From positions 1 to 58,955 of the IMG/VR virus record IMGVR_UViG_3300043776_000546: a stretch of 58,955 bases of DNA; one strand, 5' to 3'. Below the pieces are notes generated by a model, which was not told where the DNA came from, made no database searches, and was given only the letters and a program-made list of their open reading frames with translations. The DNA is from a virus (taxonomy: Duplodnaviria > Caudoviricetes). Position numbers and translations under genes: made by a program. Position 1 is the stretch's first letter. Every line of letters starts with the position of its first letter. Below are positions 53,448 through 58,955 of this stretch, one piece after another.

Positions 53448-53617
53448 AGAGGAGATCCGCCGCTACCAGCAAGAGCACCCCACCAACCTGGCGTTACGGC
53501 TCATGCAAACAACCATCCCGCAGATCGAGTTCGATCCAGCGGTCGTGCGACAGAAGCTGGCCGAAGAGTTTCGTTGTCGAACAGCCCCATTGGAGAAACG
53601 GACCGACGCCCAGTGAA
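53414..53617 (+). repeat. 35-bp imperfect direct repeat (30 of 35 identical)
   Basis: Copies at 53414-53448 and 53583-53617. Confidence 0.7.
53437..53616 (+). CDS. Small hypothetical protein (59 aa)
   Basis: GGAG RBS; read manually (MPGEEEIRRYQQEHP). Confidence 0.55.
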   Translation: MPGEEEIRRYQQEHPTNLALRLMQTTIPQIEFDPAVVRQKLAEEFRCRTAPLEKRTDAQ

Positions 53618-53624
53618 AGCGAAA

Positions 53625-53813
53625 CCCGGCTGGCGGCCGGCGACGGCTGCAAGTGGCCGTGCCCGAGCCGCCAGCGCCCGGCGGGCGGCTAAAGGTCTGA
53701 CCGTGAAGCCCGAGCACGCTCGCGACGGCACGGACCACTCTTGCTAGCACAATCGCCACAGGCGATTTCTTTAGACCATTCTCGGTCACAAATCTGTGGG
53801 TAGCTTTTCCGGG
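53625..53813 (+). ncRNA. Candidate multi-stem structured RNA
   Basis: GCTGGCGGC/GCCGCCAGC, CCGTG/CACGG, CTAAAG/CTTTAG and AATCGCC/GGCGATT stems. Confidence 0.4.
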
Positions 53814-53853
53814 ACTCTAAGAATCGCCAGCGAGGTTGATTTAACTATTAGAG
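53814..53853 (+). promoter_or_regulatory. Bipartite motif, copy 5 of 5
   Basis: ACTCTAA-N14-GTTGATTTAACTATTAGAG. Confidence 0.75.
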
Positions 53854-53886
53854 CCCTTGACCTTGCTCCTAATTAGGAACATCACC

Positions 53887-56406
53887 ATGAAAAGCCAGAA
53901 TCTCATTACCCACGACTTCCGCACCGCCCCTTGGACCAAGACTGCTCCCTTAACCGTGTCGGACCCGACACAGCCGTCGCTTCGTGGCTCTCAGCGGGGT
54001 GTTTTTGCTGCCCTCAAGGATCGCCAGTTCGCCATCCTCAATGCCCCCACCGGCTGGGGCAAAAGCCTGGTCATCATCTTCCTGGTGGTCTACAAACTGT
54101 TGCGACACCCGCGGCTGCGCTTCATCATTTCCGTACCCCAGACCGTGATCGCCCGCGGGTTCGTCAACAAGGATTGGAAGCTGCGGATCGACCGGAAGCT
54201 AGTCGATTGGATCGTGGGTCACAATCTTTGCCACACCCAGGCCACCGACACCATCGCCCACTTGATCCAATTCCTCCGAGGACATCATACCTTGCTCGGC
54301 AACCGCATCCTGCTCTGCACCCACGCTACTTTGGCCCAGGCGTATAAACGGCTCAAGCGCCAACACCAACTCGGCCTATTCAAGAATGTCGTGCTGTGGA
54401 TCGACGAAGGCCACCACGTTATGAACGCCCAAGTGACGGGGAGCGAGGCGACCATCAACAACTCCCTCGGCGCATTGGTCAAGTATTGCATGGCTCACGG
54501 CAACCATGTCGGCTTGGCGACCGCGACGTACCAACGGGGCGATATGCGACATATCCTATCGGATGCCGTCCAGGCGAAGTTCACTCGCGTCAGCATCCCT
54601 TACGATGTCTACTTCAACGAAGCAAAGCCCGTGGAGACGTTCGAGTTCAACATCATCGCCGGAGATGTCCTCAAGGCGATTGCCTCCATCTTCAGGAAGA
54701 AGCGGCCAACGATTCTCTACCTGGCCAAGCGCAACAGCTACTACGCCGGCCGCTGCAAGTATCAGGAAGTCAGGCAAATCGTCCGGCGATTGGGTAAGCA
54801 ACTCAAGCAGCCCGTGCGCCGCGACGGTGTGCTGATCCGCGTCGGCGACCTGAAGATTCTCGATCTTGTCACGGAGAAGAACCGGGATGCCTGCAAAGCC
54901 TACCTCGACGACAATGGCGCAGTGGACATTATCATCGCCTTGGATACCTGCAAGGAGGGCTTCGACTGGCCGGAGGCCGAGCGGTGCATCATCCTCGGCG
55001 AACGGCATTCTGTGCCGGAAATGATCCAGATGATTGGCCGGCTTTTCCGGGCCGCCAAAGGCAAGACACACGCCGAAGTCTACCAAGTCCTACCGGCTGT
55101 CGTCCCCGACAGCCACCGATTCAAGGAGCAGCGCAATGATATCCTCACAGTGATCTTCTCGGCAATGCTGCTGGAAGACGTGTTCCTGCCAATCGCCTTC
55201 ACAGATGCACAGCCGATTAAACGTGGTAAACGGGACCGCACCGACCGCCTCATATCGGCGATCCCGAATACCGACAACGCCCAAGCCTTGATGCGCGACT
55301 TCCAGGTGGCTGTCCAAGCACGAGGCTACGACTACGATAAGTCATGGCGGCTGGCCCCCGCCATCTTGAAAAAGCATGGCATTGCGAAAGCCGACTGGCA
55401 GTTCATCTGGAAACGCCTGTGGATTCGATTCGCCCTCCAAACCCGTAAAGTCAGGGGCCTGCGGACTGACGTGTCCTTCGAGATACTGAAGCGGACGAAT
55501 CTGAGCGATGGACTGCTGACCCTGGCGTCAGACCTGTGCGGAGCCATGACCTTCCAGGAATTCCGAAGAGTCATCGGCCGGGGAACCAAGACCTTGACGG
55601 AACACGTCCAAGACGCCAAGCGGCTGGCAAAGGAGCGTAGAACCGTACCCAGCCAAAAATGGCTAATCGCCCACGGTTACAAGGGTCTTTGTCACGCCAA
55701 ATGCAACCACCCCGAAGCCTTCATCGGCATCAAGTGGGACAAAAGAGGAAAATCCCCCGCCGAACACCTTCAGGCTGCCATGAGCCTGGTGAAGAAGTAT
55801 GGAGCCGTGCCCAATCCGATGTGGTTAAGAGAACATGGCCAGTCTGCCCTTGAGGTGGCTATGCGAACACACCCAAGAGTCTTTGCGCACCTCAAGCAGG
55901 AGAGAAGTAGAGAGAAAACCCTTGCGAAATGCGTCTTGGACGCCAAGCAACTGGCAAAGACACATGGAGCGGTGCCGCACCAAGGCTGGCTCATGCGACA
56001 CGGCTGGGATCAACTCGTCTACATAAAACGCCGATACCCTGACGCCTTCGCTCACATCCCGCAAGAAAGGAAGCGGAAATCCCTTGCGGAGCGTGTAGAC
56101 GAGGCCAAACAACTAGCAAAAGAGCATGGGGGGTTGCCCAGTACACAATGGCTGATCGACCACGGGCACGGGAGTCTCGTCACCATGAGACAAGCCTGCC
56201 GTGCGGCCTTCAGCCACATCAAGTTGAAACATCCAAGGGGTAAATCCCTCGCACAAAGCATCCAGGAAGCCAAGCACCTGGCGAAAGAGAACAAGGGACT
56301 GCCCAGTACAAGATGGCTGCTCGCCCACGGGCACACACAAATCGTAAGTGCGAGATACAGACACCGCGAAGCCTTCGCCAACATCCCACGGCAGCGACTC
56401 CGATGA
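53887..56406 (+). CDS. SF2 (Res/DEAD-like) helicase with five C-terminal ~54-aa repeats
   Basis: APTGWGKS, IDEGHH, ATAT, KEGFDWP and QMIGRLFR motifs; repeats from about 55588. Confidence 0.85.
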   Translation: MKSQNLITHDFRTAPWTKTAPLTVSDPTQPSLRGSQRGVFAALKDRQFAILNAPTGWGKSLVIIFLVVYKLLRHPRLRFIISVPQTVIARGFVNKDWKLRIDRKLVDWIVGHNLCHTQATDTIAHLIQFLRGHHTLLGNRILLCTHATLAQAYKRLKRQHQLGLFKNVVLWIDEGHHVMNAQVTGSEATINNSLGALVKYCMAHGNHVGLATATYQRGDMRHILSDAVQAKFTRVSIPYDVYFNEAKPVETFEFNIIAGDVLKAIASIFRKKRPTILYLAKRNSYYAGRCKYQEVRQIVRRLGKQLKQPVRRDGVLIRVGDLKILDLVTEKNRDACKAYLDDNGAVDIIIALDTCKEGFDWPEAERCIILGERHSVPEMIQMIGRLFRAAKGKTHAEVYQVLPAVVPDSHRFKEQRNDILTVIFSAMLLEDVFLPIAFTDAQPIKRGKRDRTDRLISAIPNTDNAQALMRDFQVAVQARGYDYDKSWRLAPAILKKHGIAKADWQFIWKRLWIRFALQTRKVRGLRTDVSFEILKRTNLSDGLLTLASDLCGAMTFQEFRRVIGRGTKTLTEHVQDAKRLAKERRTVPSQKWLIAHGYKGLCHAKCNHPEAFIGIKWDKRGKSPAEHLQAAMSLVKKYGAVPNPMWLREHGQSALEVAMRTHPRVFAHLKQERSREKTLAKCVLDAKQLAKTHGAVPHQGWLMRHGWDQLVYIKRRYPDAFAHIPQERKRKSLAERVDEAKQLAKEHGGLPSTQWLIDHGHGSLVTMRQACRAAFSHIKLKHPRGKSLAQSIQEAKHLAKENKGLPSTRWLLAHGHTQIVSARYRHREAFANIPRQRLR

Positions 56407-56975
56407 AAACATGGTCTTGTCCAAAGAAGATCGCCGCCCGCGCCGACACGATCATCGCCCTCGGCCCCGTCAAGGGCCAGTATTGGTCGATGGCCGGCTT
56501 GTGTGACGGCCCCGGCTGCGAGGTCGATCAAGTCCTGAATTCCGGGATCGTTATGCCGGAGCAGTTCCACGGCGTCGAAATCCAGCGGGACATCTACGAT
56601 GCCAACGTGGCCGTCTATCCCGAACTCCACTGGCACCACGGCGACTTCCTCCAGGTGATGCAGGCGCACCCGGACTTCCGCCCCGGGCTGGTCAACGCCG
56701 ACCTGCTGCAAAGCGTGGACACGGCTGCCGATTACGTCGCGCGGCTGCTCTACTTCCTCACGCCGCACGACGCGAAGCTGGTGGTCAACTTTGTCATGGA
56801 GTGTCGCGGCTACCGCACGACCACGGACCACGTTATCGAGCGTCTGATGCAATGCCAACAGTTTCGCTACGCCGTCCGTCGCGGCTGGACGCACGGCGAC
56901 CGCTGCTACCTGTACCCCGGCACCAGCCACCGTCCCCGCACGGTCATGGGCACTTTCATTTTCCAGCACCCCTAA
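56403..56975 (+). CDS. Putative SAM-binding (methyltransferase-like) protein
   Basis: ATGA overlap with the helicase; FHGVE, HGDF and VNADL resemble class I MTase strands. Confidence 0.5.
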   Translation: MKTWSCPKKIAARADTIIALGPVKGQYWSMAGLCDGPGCEVDQVLNSGIVMPEQFHGVEIQRDIYDANVAVYPELHWHHGDFLQVMQAHPDFRPGLVNADLLQSVDTAADYVARLLYFLTPHDAKLVVNFVMECRGYRTTTDHVIERLMQCQQFRYAVRRGWTHGDRCYLYPGTSHRPRTVMGTFIFQHP

Positions 56976-56992
56976 ACCTCGTGAGAAACACC

Positions 56993-57337
56993 ATGAGAAA
57001 CCGGCCCCTCGCCACCATCCTCTGGCCGCACTGCGTCGTCCTGCTGCTTGTGGCCACCCTGCTGGTCATCGTCATCAATGGCGGCCTCGACACCCCGGAG
57101 CCGGTCGCGGCGTCTGTGCCGGTCACCTCCGCTGCCGTGCCGCTGCCAACCCCGGCCCCGGCCGTCCCACACGTCATGCCAGTCCGTTGCGGCACCGTCG
57201 AAGTCGTTCTATCGGCCGTCGTCCAGCCGCCAGTCGTCACGGCCGGCGCCAAGCCGGCCGTGAAGCAGAGGACAAACGACGCCAGCGGGTCGCAGCCGCG
57301 CCCCCAGCATCGCCGCGGCCTGTTTCGGAGACGCTAG
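56993..57337 (+). CDS. Membrane-anchored Pro/Ala-rich protein
   Basis: N-terminal transmembrane helix; RRGLFRRR C-terminus. Confidence 0.6.
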   Translation: MRNRPLATILWPHCVVLLLVATLLVIVINGGLDTPEPVAASVPVTSAAVPLPTPAPAVPHVMPVRCGTVEVVLSAVVQPPVVTAGAKPAVKQRTNDASGSQPRPQHRRGLFRRR

Positions 57338-57745
57338 ATGGACGCCACCGTTTTCACCACCTACCGCGAGTACCTGGACCAAACCGGCGGCAATGAGGCC
57401 GCCGCCGCCAGCCTGGCCCTGGCTGACGTGATGCAGCGGACGCTTGACGCCGGCCCGCGTCCATCAGCCGAACCGCCGGCCGAAAGGCCCATGACCGTAC
57501 CGGAAGTGGCACGGCTTCTGCGGGTCACGGCCGACAAGGTTCTGCGCTGGATTCACGGCGGTGAGTTGCCGGCCACCAACGTTGCCACCCGACCGACCGG
57601 CCGTGGGCGCTATCGGGTCAGTCACGCTGGTCTGGCCGCCTTCGAGCAGCACCGCGCCTCGCTCACGACGCAGAGCATTGCGCCCCGAAGGATAACACGT
57701 CGGCTGGTTCATCCATTCCCAAAAACCAGGCATCCGACGACCTGA
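57338..57745 (+). CDS. Excisionase-like HTH protein
   Basis: MTVPEVARLLRV..KVLRWIHGGELPA..YRV; adjacent to the integrase. Confidence 0.8.
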   Translation: MDATVFTTYREYLDQTGGNEAAAASLALADVMQRTLDAGPRPSAEPPAERPMTVPEVARLLRVTADKVLRWIHGGELPATNVATRPTGRGRYRVSHAGLAAFEQHRASLTTQSIAPRRITRRLVHPFPKTRHPTT

Positions 57746-58955
57746 GCCAATTGCGAATGCAATCGGCGACGGGCCGAATCCGCTCGTCGTCCACGTCATT
57801 CCAGTCTTCATCATAGACTGACGAGAGCATATCGTTTTCATCCGTGACGTGGCCGGTAATCATGCGGATGGCGTCCATGTCGGCAATTTCCTTGCGGGCC
57901 TGCGTGATGAACGTGTGCCGCAAGGCGTAGAAACCGGGAGCACCGTCCAAGCCCGCCTTCGTGCGAACCTTCTTGAACTCGTCGCACACGCTCAAGTCTG
58001 ACCAGGCGTTGCCACGCGCGGTAATGAATACTCGACCGGCCAGGGCAGGGCAGGGGGGGACAGGGCGCATCACCAAGGCGGCCCGCAAGGCGTCCACTGT
58101 TTCCGGCCACAAGGGACACCGCCGCTTCACGCCGGTCTTCTCGCGGATGAATGTTGCCCAGCCGCCTGCCAAGTCCAATTCCTGTTCCCGCAACACGGCA
58201 CAGTCCGTGTCGCCGAACGCACAGTTGATCCCCAGCCAGATCATGGCCTGCATGACCGACCCCGCGTTGCTCAGTAGGGCGGCTATTTGTTCGGGGAGGA
58301 AACGCCGCTTTGGCTTTCCCTTGCGTTCCAGGCGCAGCGACTTCTTCGAGGGCACCTTGAAAACCCCGTAGGCCGGCGACCTGACGATGTAGCCCGCCTC
58401 CTTCATGTAGTTGAAGAACACACGGACCTTGCGGACATCCCCCTTGAGCGAGACCAGGGATTTGTGGCCCTTGGACATTCGCTTGCGGTGGAGGGGCGAA
58501 CGGGTCTGGATCGGGTGCCCCGCGGCGAAGTGTGCCTTCAACTTGGCAAAATCCTTCAGATCGAGGCTGGCGATCGCCGTGCCGGCGCCCCACACGTCCT
58601 TGAGCCGCTGGCCGATCTTCGCGTACTCGCGATAGGTCTGCGGCTTGAGTTCGCCTGTCTTGACCAGGGAGTCCTTGGCGTCCAGGGTCAGGGCCACCAT
58701 TTGCCCAACCGTGATGCGGTGTTTTTCGGCGGCAGCGGCGGCGGCCTCTTTGCGGGGATTGCGGCCTGCATCCCACGCCGACTGCTCCCGATAGTAGAGG
58801 TCCAGGGCGGCTTGGGGGTCTGCCCACACGCCGAAGTAGACATTCCCCTGACCACGGATGGCCTTGGCCCACTGGCCGTTCCTGTGCGGGAACAGCGGAA
58901 AATTCGGGTTGGGCTTTGCCGGCTTGGTTTTCGTGGTAAAATGTTGGCGTGCCAT
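57663..58955 (-). CDS. int: Tyrosine recombinase (phage integrase)
   Basis: REKTG, FYALRHTF, ITGH and VY catalytic region; N-terminal FPLFPH..GQWAK.IRG..YFG. Confidence 0.9.
   Translation of the reverse strand: MARQHFTTKTKPAKPNPNFPLFPHRNGQWAKAIRGQGNVYFGVWADPQAALDLYYREQSAWDAGRNPRKEAAAAAAEKHRITVGQMVALTLDAKDSLVKTGELKPQTYREYAKIGQRLKDVWGAGTAIASLDLKDFAKLKAHFAAGHPIQTRSPLHRKRMSKGHKSLVSLKGDVRKVRVFFNYMKEAGYIVRSPAYGVFKVPSKKSLRLERKGKPKRRFLPEQIAALLSNAGSVMQAMIWLGINCAFGDTDCAVLREQELDLAGGWATFIREKTGVKRRCPLWPETVDALRAALVMRPVPPCPALAGRVFITARGNAWSDLSVCDEFKKVRTKAGLDGAPGFYALRHTFITQARKEIADMDAIRMITGHVTDENDMLSSVYDEDWNDVDDERIRPVADCIRNWLRSSDAWFLGMDEPADVLSFGAQCSAS

Larger units (their letters stand above)
1..58955. mobile_element. 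Part of a temperate phage/prophage genome; both boundaries lie outside the window
   Basis: Tail-like gene, primase-helicase, PolA, ligases, multiple DNA MTases, tRNA, dense overlapping small ORFs, excisionase and tyrosine integrase. No host housekeeping operons. Confidence 0.9.

Noticed and set aside
14228-53853. Five-copy motif as Xer dif or integron attC sites (ATTTAACTAAT resembles the XerD arm; TAA overlaps stop codons in two copies)
   Set aside because: There is no XerC-like arm 6 bp away, no GTTRRRY end and no internal attC palindrome. Fixed orientation just upstream of starts fits a promoter better.
1-58955. CRISPR array, cas genes, DGR or retron
   Set aside because: No regularly spaced repeat-spacer array or reverse transcriptase motifs were seen. 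The 39545 nuclease lacks the Cas4 cysteine cluster pattern.

Overview
A gene-dense, high-GC segment of a large temperate dsDNA phage or prophage. The host is probably a Planctomycetota-type bacterium; this is inferred only from the integrase N-terminus and is unverified. Left end: 3' part of a tail-type structural gene, a terminator-bounded unit of three paralogous micro-proteins, a 256-bp element with terminal inverted repeats and a 9-bp target-site-like duplication, and a minus-strand block (Cys-rich proteins, DEDDh exonuclease, DUF5664-type dNTP diphosphohydrolase, primase-helicase). From about 10.6 kb to 57.7 kb there is one long plus-strand replication/early region: two ParB-like proteins, SNF2-like helicase, family A DNA polymerase with zinc-finger insertions, FliA/WhiG-like sigma factor, DNA ligase, RNA ligase, five DNA methyltransferases, radical SAM protein, DeoC, nucleoside deoxyribosyltransferase-fold protein, IscU-like scaffold, several proteases, tRNA-Asn and many small ORFs. 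It ends with an excisionase-like HTH gene and a convergent tyrosine integrase. The most notable unexplained signals are: (i) five co-oriented copies of ACTCTAA-N14-GTTGATTTAACTAWTAG, a candidate promoter for the phage sigma factor; (ii) five 125-200 nt highly base-paired intergenic elements, one with mutually exclusive terminator/anti-terminator pairings upstream of a degenerate ThyX-like gene; (iii) an SF2 helicase with five tandem ~54-aa repeats coupled to a methyltransferase-like gene; (iv) a possible phage-encoded dNTP-to-deoxyribose catabolic route. All protein and RNA calls come from motif reading by eye; no database searches or folding calculations were run.
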